From NCBI RefSeq assembly GCF_004010195.1, contig NW_025213945.1, forward strand, positions 1 through 37,627: DNA of 37,627 nt, read 5' to 3'. A model generated the notes under the pieces. The model saw only the letters and a list, made by a program, of their open reading frames with translations. It had not been told where the DNA came from and did no database searches. The translations under genes and the position numbers were made by a program. Shown in pieces: positions 1-11,759 of the stretch (within the stretch, counting starts at the first letter, position 1; the number at the start of each line of letters is the position of its first letter). Source of the DNA: Chiloscyllium plagiosum (Eukaryota).

Positions 1-99
1 TTGCATTTGAATCAAATCAATTGTGTTCACTATATCTTAACACTGCGATTTCCGTTCAGACGTGAGTAGTAATGACCTTCGATAGTGATGTTTAACGAG

Positions 100-2160
100 T
101 ATCATTGTACTCACACTTGCTGACGAGTGTCGATGGTGTATTGAGGGAGTGATTGTAGATGGGGGCCATTCAAGTGGGCTGCTTCCTCTTTAATCATGTC
201 AAACTGCTTAAGTAGTGTCGGAACTGCATTCATTTAGACAAGTTGAGATTATTCCATCATATTCCTGACTTGAACCGCGGAGACAATGGACAGTCTTTGG
301 CAAAACAGGCGAAAATTTACAAGCTATAGGATTCCTAATTTCTGATCTGATGTTCTAACCCTCGCAGCGATATTGTCTTGCGTAAACCTAAGAATATTCG
401 TGCCATTGGATTCAGCATTGGTAATGAGTTTGGTTGTTGGAATGGCAATGATGCGTTGGTTTGTCGTGGTCATTACCTGACATCTGTGTGGCACGCACGT
501 TACTTATCATTTGACAGCCTAAGTGTTGCGTTTCTTCTGATTTTGTGATATAAATGGGTGTGCATTTTCAACTCATGAGCAAACGTTATCACATCTGAAC
601 GTATGAAGAGATGAGCTTGGCCACAGCTGGTTTTCTAATGTACCTGCTGCCTTTGTTCTTCTAGGTGGCACTGAGTTTCGAATCATTCTGCAGAGCACCT
701 CGTATATTGAAAATACTGCTATTATTGAGCATCAGTAGTGCAGGGAATGGATGCTCGTGGAATGGACTAGTTTTGTCCTGGCTTATATTGGGGATGTAAT
801 CCATCATCAGATGAGTTACTCACTGCAGCATTCCTAACCTCTGACCTGCTCTTGATGACAGACAGTGTTATTTATGTGAATAGTTCATGGTAATCTGATC
901 GATAATAGCACCCAGGATCCAGATAATTGCAGTGGTGAGCACTCGCCGATGGTTAGCTTTTGAAAATCAAAGGAGGATAGCATGTTTCTTTTTTGTCTTT
1001 GTTGTCGAGTATTTTTGTGTTGTGAACATTTCGGTCAGGCTGGTACTGCTAGTGGCATGTTCTTCTGTACTCACAATGTCCTTCATTGAATCAGGGTGGA
1101 TCACTGGCTTGATGGTACAGCACAGTGGGAGATGTGCTGGACAGTCAGGTTGCAGACTGTGTGACTACTACGGCATATGATTCTGCTGCTGCTGATAGCC
1201 AACTGCACCTTATGTACCGCTGTCATTGGTTGCACGATCTGTTAAAAAAATTGCCCCATTCAGCATGCATGTTGCTCCATAACATGGTGAGGATACTACA
1301 AAATGTGAAGATGGACCTTAATCCTTACAAGGATTGTCCCATAGCAACATTTACTAATATATTAAATGGAGTGTTCTAACTGCAGCAGGTGGATTACTGA
1401 TGATGTGCTCAATTATATGTTACTCTTATATTTATTCATTCAACACCTGACAGTTCATTTATGTGGAATGTGAGAGTCCGTGTCTGTGCAATGCTAGGTC
1501 TAAATGCCATGTCTCTGAAATGCTGGCAGATTGCTAAAAACAGCAGGACCCTTCAGCTGTTCCCACAAACCAAGGCACTCACTGCTTCCAACCCCCTGCG
1601 CTCACAAGACACAGAACTCACTGACCAGGATTAGACATAAATGGACAATATTTTGGAATTTATTCATAGAATTTGATTGAGCTGTCATTTATTTCTCAAC
1701 CCTTGTTGCTATTGAGAAGGTGGTGGCGAGCTGCCACAGTGAACCTCTGTCGGTCGACTTAAAATAACAATAGGAACGGTATTTAAACAATGGCATTGAA
1801 GGAATAGAACCATGTCAGGATGGTGGGTAGCTTGGAACGAACCTTGAACATATATATGTTCCCCTTGTCCTTATTTACAGTCGTAGATTCAGAGGTACTT
1901 TGTAATGAACCTTGATAAATTCTCTGCAGAGCACTATGTAAATACCAGGCATTGCTGCTACTGAGTGTCAGTGGATGGGGGGCAAAGATTTGCAGTTCTG
2001 TTGCTTTTGGATAAGGACTATTTCAATGACTGAGTAATGACGAATGGCGTTGACCATTGTCGAATCATTGACAAACATCACGACTTGTGACTTTGTGGCG
2101 TAGGGGTAGTCATTTATGGAGCAGCTGAAAAGTGTTGAACCTAGGACACAGAACTCTCTT
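100..2160 (-). mobile_element. Several heavily decayed fragments of an old L2/Crack-like LINE (RT thumb, endonuclease-RT linker, 3' UTR)
   Basis: Segments ~120-480, ~620-940, ~1070-1410 and ~1670-2160 resemble the reverse strand of one LINE family. Example: 'ttattccatcatattcctgacttg' is the reverse complement of a decayed 'QVRxxMEYS' thumb motif, and a 'cctctgacctgctcttg'-like motif recurs. No open frame remains. Confidence 0.55.
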
Positions 2161-2339
2161 ATAACTTACTGATAGTGTCCCTCCCTCTGATTTAGGAAGA
2201 TTGCTTCAAGTTCAATCTACTCTAGAGGTGTCTATCAACATATCTGAACAGATGAATATTAAAATATATTCCCAAAGGAGCTGAGTGTGGACTTGATTAG
2301 CTCAATCATTTGTCTGGCTTGTTTGGAATGCAGATTAAT

Positions 2340-2960
2340 GCCAACCCCTATCTCTGTAAACTCCTCCAGCCCCTACACCATTCTTACCACTGTCAACTTT
2401 GCCAGCCTTTAAACTCTATCTTATCTCCGATACCCCGCCCTATCACTCTTAAACTCCTTCAGGCTCTAAGCAACTCCCTATCCATGCAATCTCTCCCAGG
2501 CACTTCACGCCCCCATCTCTCTCACCTCTGAATCCTACATACCTTCCTATCTCTCTAAACTCCAACTCCTATCTCGCTGACGTCCTCCAGCCTACAACAG
2601 TCCCGATCTCAAAACCTCCTGAAGGCCATACTAATTCCCTAACTCGTAGGCCCTCCAGCCCCTACACCCCGCTGTCGTTCTAAACTCCAACACCTCCAAA
2701 CCACTCTATCACTTTAACCTCGGCCAGACCCGACAATTGTCCCTATCTCTTTTACCTGGTGCAGCCCCTACATCCCTCCCCATCTCCCTAACTTCATCCA
2801 AAACCTACCCCCTACTTATCTCTGTAACCGCTTCCAGCCTCACAACCTTCCCAATCTCTGTAAGGTCCAGCAGCAACTGTATGACTCCCTATCTCTGTTG
2901 CCTGCACCAATTACTACAACTTTCTTTATTTCTGTAAAAAAGATTCCAACCACTGCACTC
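2340..2960 (+). repeat. Degenerate ~33-bp minisatellite, consensus ~ccctatctctgtaacctcctccagcccctacac
   Basis: Recurring 'ccctatctct' and 'ctccagcccctac' at about 33-bp spacing. Confidence 0.85.
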
Positions 2961-2971
2961 CTCAACTAGCT

Positions 2972-3420
2972 CATGTTGAATGATTGGAGCGACGGAGCTT
3001 GTATTTCTTTGGGTTTAGAAGATTGAGAGGGGATCTGATTGAGACGTATAAGATTATTAAAGGATTGGACACTCTGGAAGCAGGAAACATGTTTCTACTG
3101 ATGGGTGAGTCCCGAACCAGAGGACACAGCTTAAGAATAAGGGGTAGACCATTTAGAACAGAGATGAGGAGAAACTTCTTCATCCAGAGAGTGGTTGGTA
3201 TGTGGAATGCTCTGCCCCAGAAGGCAGTGGAGGCCTAGTCTCTGGATTGGTTTAAGAAAGAGTTGGATAGAGTCCTCAAGGATAGGTGAATCCAGGGGTA
3301 TGGAGATAAGGCAGGAACAAGATACCGATTGAGGAAGATCAGCCATGATCATAATGAATGGTGGTGAAGGCTTGAAGGGCAGAATGGCCTACTCCTGCAC
3401 CTATTGTCTATTGTCTATTG
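2972..3420 (+). mobile_element. CR1 LINE 3' end (ORF2 C-terminus, 3' UTR, (CTATTGT)n tail)
   Basis: Translation RRLRGDLIETYKII...RTRGH...RRNFFIQRVVGMWNALP is the CR1 ORF2 C-terminus. Ends in ctattgtctattgtctattg at 3401-3420. Confidence 0.95.
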
Positions 3421-4780
3421 ACACACTTTAACCAATCCATTTGTGTCATAGCGTGAGCAATCTTCCTGTTAGGATATATTGAATCTGTCATTGTCTAGTA
3501 CTCAATTGACCCCCTTTCAGACATGTGGCTATGATTCCCACCCCCCAGCCAAACTAGTTTAAACCCTCCCGAATCACACGAGCAAATTTCCCATCCAGGA
3601 CTTTTGTACACCTCCAGTTCAGGTGCAACCAGTCCTTCATGTACAGGTCCCACCTTTCCCAGAAGGTATCCCAATGGTCTGGGTATTTGAAGCCCTCCCT
3701 CCTGCACCAACCTCGCAACCACGTGTTAAACTGCATTCACTGACTGTTCCTCTTCTCACTATTTCGCGGCAACGGTAGCAAACCTCAGGTCACTGCTCTT
3801 CTCGTCCTGCTCTTCAGTTTCCAACCTAACACTCTGTAGTCATTTTTAAGAACAGCAATCCCTATCCTGGCTATATCATTGGTGCCAATATGTACCACGA
3901 TTTCTGGCTGCTCACCCTTCCCCTTCAGAAGCATGTGACATCCCGGGGCCTGGTATCAGGGAGGCAACATACCTTCCGCGAGTTCCGTTCCTGACCACAA
4001 AATTTCCTGTCAATCCGTCTAACTATTGAGTCCCCTATCACTAGCGCCTTTCTATTCCTCCCTTTCCCTTCTGAGCCACAGTGCCAGGCTCAGTGCAAGA
4101 GACCTGACAACTATGGCTTTCCGTGCCACCACCAGTAGTATCCAAAACAGTATACTTATTGCTGAGGGGAACAGCCACAGGGGATCCGTGCTCTGACCGT
4201 ATGTTCCCCCCCCCCCCCCAACCACTGACAGCAACCCAGCTGTCCTTATCCTGTGTCTGGGGAGTGACAACTTTCCTGTGCATCCTCTCAATGTCCTCCT
4301 CAGCCTCCCGAATGATCCGTTTTTCAACCGGCTCCAGCTCCAGCTCCAGCTCCAGTTCCCTAACTCGGTTTTCGAGGAGCTGGAGTTGGGTGCACTTCCC
4401 GCAGATGTAGTTGGCAGAGACATGTGAAGTGTCTCTCACCTGCCACATACTGCTGGACGAACATGCAACTGCCCTAACATCTATATCCCGCTACTTTTTT
4501 AGCCTGAGCAGAATTTATAAAGGAAGGGAAGAAAAAAAAGAGAAACCTGAAAACTTACCTAGTTTACAGATTCCTAGTATGGTTAGAGAAGGTGGGTTAG
4601 GGAGACTATACATGTAGAGTCTCGGGTTTAGATCTCACCAACTTATAAACTTCCCAGAAGTCCTTCCCTCCTCCCTCGCACATCTCAGCAAATGGAGTCC
4701 CGGAGCCTGAAGTAAGTCGTTTAAATAGTTAGGCTCACCTTCCCCGATGTCCTTCGCTCCTCCCTCGCACATCCCGGCAA
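3421..4780 (-). mobile_element. CR1 LINE 5' region: 5' UTR, disrupted ORF1 (3554-4484; zinc finger, leucine zipper, SGNH esterase) and start of ORF2
   Basis: VACSSSSMW...YICGKCTQLQLLENRVRELE (CR1 ORF1 zinc finger and zipper), VPLSNKYTVL, and NTWLRGWCRREGF...WDLYMKDWLHLN (esterase DGLHLN-like motif). Frameshifts present and start codon mutated to ATA. Confidence 0.9.
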
Positions 4781-5339
4781 ATTGTTTAGAGAAACAATAG
4801 AAACAATTGCTTGCCTGCACTCTGTGAACGTGCAGGTGATTATCCGACAAGAGACTGTGAAGAACTGTGTGAGATAACAGCTCCTGCCTTCTAAAACAGT
4901 CTGTCCATGCACGGTGGGAGACCAGAGGTCAATCAGGAGAAAGGGTATTTCCTTTGGATCATCAAATTAGTTGCAACAACTGTGAAGTGCAGAAGACGGT
5001 ACAGTCCGCGGGATTGTTCGGGAGCATCAAGATAAGTCAAGATAAAACATTTGAAATAAAATTCAAACCCCAGCTCTAAACTGAGGAGAACTGATTCTTC
5101 TGCTTTTCGTCTGAACTGCTCACTTCCCTGAATCCCAATCTGCATGTTGGATGTGAGCTGCTTGGACACTCTCCTGTGAGGTAGAAAGTTCAGACTCTCT
5201 TTGGAAACATTAGGCTTGTATCCTCCTGTTTCACGAAGGCTGCAAAATGTAAACAATCTGCCCTTCGCTGTGTTGGCAGTTTACAGTATATATAACATAC
5301 AGCGCAATAGAGGCCCCTGAACCCTGGATACTTCTGAAT

Positions 5340-6725
5340 TCTGTCCTTTCTCTGTCACCCAGCAAATTTGACCTGTGTCCCCTCGTGCTATTCATCACCA
5401 TTTGAATATATATATTTACCTCTAACCTTCGACCCTATCTAACCTTCTGATTATCTTATATGCCTCAATTAAGTCACCTCTCAAACTTCTTCTCTCTAAC
5501 GAAAGTCGTCTCAGGTTCTTCAGCCTTTGCTCATAAGCCCTTCACAAATACCAGCAACATCCTAGTTAATCTCTTTAAACACTTTCCAACGCTCCCCATT
5601 CTTCCGATAATGCAGTGACTAGAACTGAGCGTAATCGTCCAAATACGGCCCCACCAGATTTTTGTACAGCTGCAGCACAACCTCGCTGCTCTTAAGCTCA
5701 ATCCCCTGCTAATGAAAGCTAACACAACATATGCCTTCATAACAATCCTATCATCCTGGGTGGCAACTTTGAGGGATCTATGAACATGGACAGCAAGGCT
5801 CTGCTCCTGCGCATTGCCACGAATCCTGTTTTTAACCCTGCATGCTACATTCAAATTCGATTTTCGAAAGTGAATAACTTCACACCTTTCCAGGTTGAAC
5901 TCAATCTACCACTTCTCAGCCTTGTTCTTCATCCTGGCAATATCCATTTACAAACTGAAATAGCCCTCCAAACTATCCACAACCCCACCAACCTTCGTTT
6001 CTTTGGTAAACGTACGGACCCACTCTTTCACTTGCTAATTCAAGTTGTTTATAAAAATCTCAAAGAACAGAAATCCGAGAACCTATCCCTGCCGAACACC
6101 ACTGGTCACAGAACTCCAGACTGAATACTTTCCATCTACTTCCAAACTTTATCTTCTATGAGCCAACCAATTCTGCATCCAGACTGACAGATTTCCGTGT
6201 ATCCCATGTATCCTTGTTTCATGAATGAACCGACATAGGGGAAGCTTTTTCAAAAGTTTTGCTGAAATCCGTGTACACCACCTCCACTGTTTTACCTTCT
6301 TGAACGTGTTTTTGACACATCCTTAAATATTTCAATAAGGTTTGTGAGGCATGACCTGCCCCTCACAAAGCTAACCTGACTGTCTCAAATCAAACTATGT
6401 TTTTTTTCAAGTAATCATAAATCCTGTGACTCAGACCCCTCTCCAATATTGTGGCAAACAGTGTCGTAAGACTGACTGGTCTGAAATTCCCAGCATTCCC
6501 TACTTCTTTTCGTAAACAAGGGAAAAACACTTGACACGCTCCAATCATCTGGAACTACTCCAGTGGAGAGTGAGGTTACAAAGATCATCACCAAATGTGC
6601 AGCAATCTCTTCCCTCTGTTCCTGCAGTAACCCATGTTATATATTGCCTGGCACAGGGGATTTATCTATTCTTTTGTGTGTATTTTTTTTTTAAATTATC
6701 AAAACATCCTCCTTCCTCACGTTAA
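5340..6725 (-). mobile_element. Decayed CR1 ORF2 (RT) fragment, part 1
   Basis: Minus-strand translation includes HVHRSLKVATQ...KAYVVLAFISRG and CR1-like RT motifs. Continues at ~8415 after the PLE insertion. Confidence 0.85.
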
Positions 6726-6734
6726 CCCGGCCCA

Positions 6735-8410
6735 ACAGGTAACAATCGCGCAACACCATGTTATAGTCCAAGAAGTTTACTTGGAAGCACTAGCTTTCGG
6801 AGCGCTGCTCCTTCATCAGGTAATTGTGGAGAATACGAAAATAAGGAGCAGCATTTATAACAAAAGTTTACAGAATGGGGTCCATTTTGGTGTTGGTGGT
6901 TTTGTGGTGGTGACTCTTGGGTCTTGCAACAGACACTGAGGAATTCATCAGACGTACGAGACTCCGTGAATTCTTTCAGGATGCCAGCAGTGCTCCCTAT
7001 GAGCCCATCGACGAATCTGAACAGTCATCAAAGGGATTTGTAGAGGAGTGACCAAAGTGACAGTCAACTTGGACCCCACCTGCGGGCCGCTGTCCTGAGC
7101 TTGGCAGGTAGGTAGATCAGAACATCACCCGATCACAATGCAACGACATTCATGCTCTCGAAACCAATCCCATCATTGTCATCAAAACAGCAGATAAACC
7201 ACGAACCATGGTCATTCAGAATCGAACAGATTATTGCAAGGAAATGTACCGACAACTGAACAAACAGGAAAAATACAGACAACTACCGGCCGAAGCGAAT
7301 CAACAGCTCACCCGTGAACGGAACACATCAATCAGGACTTTGCATTCAGTTCTTTAGAGTTCCTGACACGCATTCAAGGATGTCCTCATAAGAAAGGGGT
7401 ACGATGCTCAACTCATCGATAACCAGTTCCGACATGCCCAAGCGAGAAACCTTAATAACCTCATCGGGGACAGACGTGAGCTGCAAACGACAGGGTACCT
7501 GTCGTTGTCCAGTACTTCCCACGAGCCGAAACACGACATCATGTTCTTTGCAGCCTGCAACTCATTCTCATTGAGGATGAACACCTCACCAAGACTTTCC
7601 CCACACCTCCACGTCTCGCCTTTAAACAGCTACCAAACCTCAAATAGATCATTTTTCGTCGCAAAATGCCCGACGTTCAGGAAAATATATTGCAAAATGT
7701 TCATGGTAGACGCTGCAAGACATGTCAGAATGTCGACACAGATGCCACCATTACGCATGGGGATACCGCCCACCATGTACGTGACAAGTACTCATGCGAC
7801 TCAGCCAAAATTGTCTGTCTCATACGCTGCACGTAAGATGCCCTGAGGCATGGAACATTGGCGTGACCAAACAGAGGATACGGTAATGGATAAATCGGGA
7901 CCTTGGGTTGATGTCACACGACAGCTGAGCCCATTGCACTGTGCATACACATATACAGATATACCAACAGACAGGCAGGCATTTTCGCACATACACGCAC
8001 ACACACATACACACAAACACAGACCCTCTCTCATACACTCCCACATACTCTCATACGTACATTCCCACACACACACTCTTACTGACTTAAACTCCTTTAC
8101 GCTCACACACACACAACCTCTCACAGACACTCATAAACCCCCAAACCCCACCCACACTGACATGTACACATATGTAAAAGATGAGAGGCTTAACAAACAA
8201 TCCGGGTTTTTTTCAATGTATAATTTCAGTTACATCACACTGTAAACTTTTGCTATAAATTCCGTGTCACCAATCTTATTCTCCACAATCACCAGATCAA
8301 GGAGCAGCGCTCCGAACGTTAGTGCTTCCAAACACACCTGTTCGACTATAAACTGATGTTGCGTGATTTTGTTAGCTTTGTACACGCCAGTCCAACACCA
8401 GCGTCTCTCG
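6735..8410 (+). mobile_element. Penelope-like element, internally deleted, with an inverted 5' pseudo-LTR copy; nested in CR1
   Basis: Inverted repeats ~6740-6875 and ~8238-8375. Decayed ORF motifs EFIRRTRLREFF, WTPPAG, IVIKTADK, RCKTC, YSCDSAKIVCLIRC (RT N-terminus, zinc knuckle, GIY-YIG start). CA-rich 3' region at 7950-8170. Confidence 0.9.
6788..6822 (-). ncRNA. Minimal type-I hammerhead ribozyme motif in a PLE pseudo-LTR
   Basis: Minus strand reads uac-CUGAUGA-a-GGAGC-agc-GCUCC-GAAA-gc-UA/gug: intact core, 5-bp stem II, palindromic loop-less stem III (AGCU), short stem I. Confidence 0.75.
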
Positions 8411-8414
8411 GTCT

Positions 8415-8775
8415 AGCACATCAGTCTGTTTCACGCGATTAACAGAAAGTCAACATACCTCTCGATAGTGAGTACTTCAGTAAAGTATTCATTCAGGTCC
8501 TCCATACTTTCACCAACTCCAGGCGCAAGTTGCCTCCACTAACCATGATCAGCCATACGCTCACTCTGGCCATCCCCTTGTTCGTCACATAAGTCTAGAA
8601 CGTTCTTAATCCTATTCACTGAAGCTTTGTAATGCCCTTTCTACCCGTCCTGCTCCACTTGTCTACTTTGCAGCACTCTAAAGACCTGTCTCATCCTTAC
8701 CTTCTCAACATGAGATAAGTCTCCATCATCGTCTTGACAAGATTTCCACATTCTTTGCCACTCAAGGTTCTTTCA
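8415..8775 (-). mobile_element. Decayed CR1 ORF2 fragment, part 2 (continuation of 5340-6725)
   Basis: Resumes the CR1 endonuclease-RT linker immediately after the PLE 3' end. Confidence 0.7.
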
Positions 8776-9104
8776 AACAACCATCTCTTCATTGAGAAAA
8801 AAAATGTTCTCTTCTTGCTACAGGAGACTGAGCTTGGAAAGAAGTCACACACATTTCCTCCAGACAAGACTCCTGCTCTCTTGTGGTCCCGCGTTAAATA
8901 CATTTCCCTTGACGGCAGTGTTCAGACCAATACAGGTCAGATATTTTTACCTTTTTTTGAAAAGAAAAGTGTTGTGGACACTTGACAAACAACTGTAGAC
9001 TTTAAAGTAATTCTTGCACTTTTACAACAGATTTGCAATTGAGCAAGTTAAGTTTCAATGTTTTCAGTAAATAAACAACAGTATCGAGATTCATACGATT
9101 TAGG

Positions 9105-9435
9105 GAATAGAGAATCAGTTTTCTGCCAATGGACCCTCCTTCATCAACATCAGCCCATTGGAACATGTCAGACCTCATTGTAGCCTTAACCTCACTTCCG
9201 CGATAGACAACAAAACCACTGATTCCTTGGTCTACCAAGAATTGAAAGGTTCTTCCGAGAATACCTTCAATCACCCACTTTCCAATTCTCTCTGGAGAAG
9301 AAAATATTCATAGATCAATGAGCTTGCAAGGAAAGGAATTCCCTCTCTTTCCTGCTTTTGTTTGGAGAGCTTGTGTCCCATGGTTCTGGATTCTCTGTCC
9401 AGAGGCGACGGTATTTCAGTATAACGATTTTCTCA
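9105..9435 (-). mobile_element. Old CR1 3' end fragment
   Basis: Reverse complement resembles the RTxGH motif and 3' UTR of the CR1 copies at 2972 and 20836; strongly diverged. Confidence 0.55.
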
Positions 9436-9439
9436 TCCT

Positions 9440-10680
9440 CAAGAACAATTGGAAATGGGGCAATGAGAGGGGAAAACAGGGTATGGAAGGTGCAGAATCA
9501 AGCATTGGAACCACACTATACAAGACAAACATTATTAAAACATAGCCGAAAATGTGTTGTTGGAAAAGCGCAGCAGGTCAGGCAGCATCCAGGGAACAGG
9601 AGAATCGACGTTTCGGGCATAAGCCCTTTCGGGCATAATCCCTTACTAAAACATAGGAGAAAGTGAGGTCTGCAGATGCTGGAGTTCAGGGGAAGAAGGG
9701 CTTATGCCCGAAACGTCGATTCTCCTGTTCCCTGGATGCTGCCTGACCTGCTGCGCTTTTCCAGCAACACATTTCCAGCCCTTACTAAAACATACCATGG
9801 TCTGGCCCATATCGGGTGAGAAAACATGCAATATCAGATGAAGTGTTGCTGAGGGTGGTATGGAATAGGAAGCGAAATGGCAAAGTTTGTTTAATGATGT
9901 TCCCTCTGCGCACAATTCGAGACAGTGAAAACAGTCAAGGGAAAATGGAACCACCTGCCAAAACCCAGGGCCCCATGGGAACAATTGCACATCGACTTTA
10001 AACGACCAGAAAACCAGTCACAGGAAAAGAAATCCGGCTGGTCCTTAAAAGATGGGTATAAACTGTTGTTGAAAGCAATTCCCGGTAGATTCTGATCAAG
10101 ATACACATTTTCCAACGAAAGTAATTGAACAGCTATGTTCCCTGCTATTTACAGAACTGTGATTCCATCCCTCATACAATCCCCAAAAGTTCATGTACGG
10201 CAGAATGAATTCATCGGACACTGAAAGCTAGTCTGACTAACGTCCTGACGGAAACTGGACAGGAATAGGCAAGAGTACACCCCACCATCCTTGTGTAACT
10301 GAGGTTAAACCCAACAAAGTGAACCAGGTTGATCCGCTTTGAATTAATGACTGGACAGACAATGCAGCTGCAAGTGGGTGTGGTAGTCGCAGGGCTGGAG
10401 ATATGCAATTGCATGAATAAAGTTGAACAATGTGTTAGAAAAACTGGAAAAATAGCTGCAGGAGCTGAAAGGGGAATGTGCAGACAGTCAGAAAGCCAGA
10501 TACTGGGAAAGGGAGCACAGAAACATTTGATTGATATGCGTAAACAAGGAGATCCCGTCAGGGTGAAACTTTACCAGAACATGTGGGACTGCGAGCGCGA
10601 TGGGTCCGACGCGGCTTTGTGTTCATGACGGTTCATACCTGCGGTCTACTGAATATTCACGAACAGACAATGGACTCCTT
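9440..10680 (+). pseudogene. Decayed retrovirus-like integrase (pol 3' end of an ERV or LTR element)
   Basis: Read through stops and frameshifts: KTYHGLAHIG (9796), CSLC (9898), PWEQLHIDF (9973), VDSDQDTHF (10085), FHPSYNPQ, RTLKASL, FELMTGQTM (10338), GDPVRVK...RW. This gives HHCC, DDE core and C-terminal domain in the expected order. Confidence 0.9.
9545..9781. mobile_element. Fold-back insertion made of two inverted PLE terminal modules
   Basis: 9545-9628 is the reverse complement of 9696-9779 (84 bp, 3 mismatches by eye). Flanked by tta(t/c)taaaacata at 9532-9544 and 9782-9794. Confidence 0.9.
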
Positions 10681-11189
10681 TAGCAACAGAACCGGACGAA
10701 GAGAATTCTGATTGCCTGCATGACATTGAAATAGGAATATAAAGTTGTGAATCGTGAAAAAGACTTGAACCTGGGAGCAGTGGTAATGGAAATGTACATT
10801 CTGGTGGTACGGAAGAGGAAAGTGTGATATCGACTATGGTACACTTGCTCTGTCCGGTAACAGAGAAAATTGAAACAAGAAAGAAAACCCATCAATTAAT
10901 ATGGAACCGAATAATTCGTTCGAGTCATCAAGCTTGAATTTGAGGTTTAGGGCAAAGGTCAGTGAGCTTTGAACGTGGAAAGATTGGATTGTCAAAAGTA
11001 TTTTTATGCCCCGAGTATTTTGTCTTACCCACAAAATACCCATTTGTCTGCATGGATTTAGGGTAAGGATGAGCTTGAAATAGAAATAATTGAAATGGTC
11101 AGTAAATTGTTTAAACGGGCTGCTTGGTGCTCTACTTTGTGTCAAGGATGCTCTCATGTAAACCTGCACCGGATTTGGTGAGTTACAAG

Positions 11190-11755
11190 TCGTTGTGTTA
11201 TACTATCACATTCGACTCTGGTTTGCTGGTTTGATGGTGAGGTTGGGGTGGCAGCAGGGCCAGTGGAGGCTGAGCGCTGTGAGGGTGAGAGGTTGCAGTT
11301 GCTAAGAAGGAATGATCGTTTGAGGCGCCGGTGGCTGTTTGAGATAATGAGATCGAGGGAGGATAAGAGGTCAGCACAGGGTGCCGAGTAGTATGGTGTA
11401 TTTGGAAAGCGGGAGGGTGGGTTGTAGTCGTGATCCATTACTCTCAATTCCTACAACGGCATCTGATCCCAGCAGGGGTAATTTTACTACAGGACATCCC
11501 AGATGTCCACCTGTTTCTAGGACTGTAATTTGCCCTTTGTCTTCAACAAAGTTCTCCTTCAACTTGTCCACGCGATGCGAACATGCAGAGTTGTTCACAA
11601 AACATCTCTGGCCGCATGCAGCAACCAAACTTACCACCTTGTGACAACCACTGAACTCCCCCTTCCATTCCCCCAAGGAAATGCAGATCCTGAGTATCTT
11701 GCACTGCCGTGTCATATCCACCCTACAACGAGAGGATGAACTAGAGGAAAGATGT
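11190..11755. mobile_element. PLE fragments: minus-strand RT N-terminus (~11190-11445) joined to plus-strand thumb and GIY-YIG remnants
   Basis: Minus strand NLSPSQRSA followed by frameshifted NPNLTIKPA-like sequence. Plus strand 'ctacaacggcatctgatcccag...catcccagatgtcc' resembles LRRICSQ...TSQM. Confidence 0.7.
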
Positions 11756-11759
11756 AGCG

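Noticed and set aside
4800..5256. Unique-looking segment with a 107-aa minus ORF and a ttttgcag acceptor
   Set aside because: No recognisable domain and no consistent exon chain; cannot be supported.
7801..8245. Cys/Val-rich and His/Thr-rich ORFs (also 29668-29937)
   Set aside because: Translations of CA/TG-rich PLE 3' regions.
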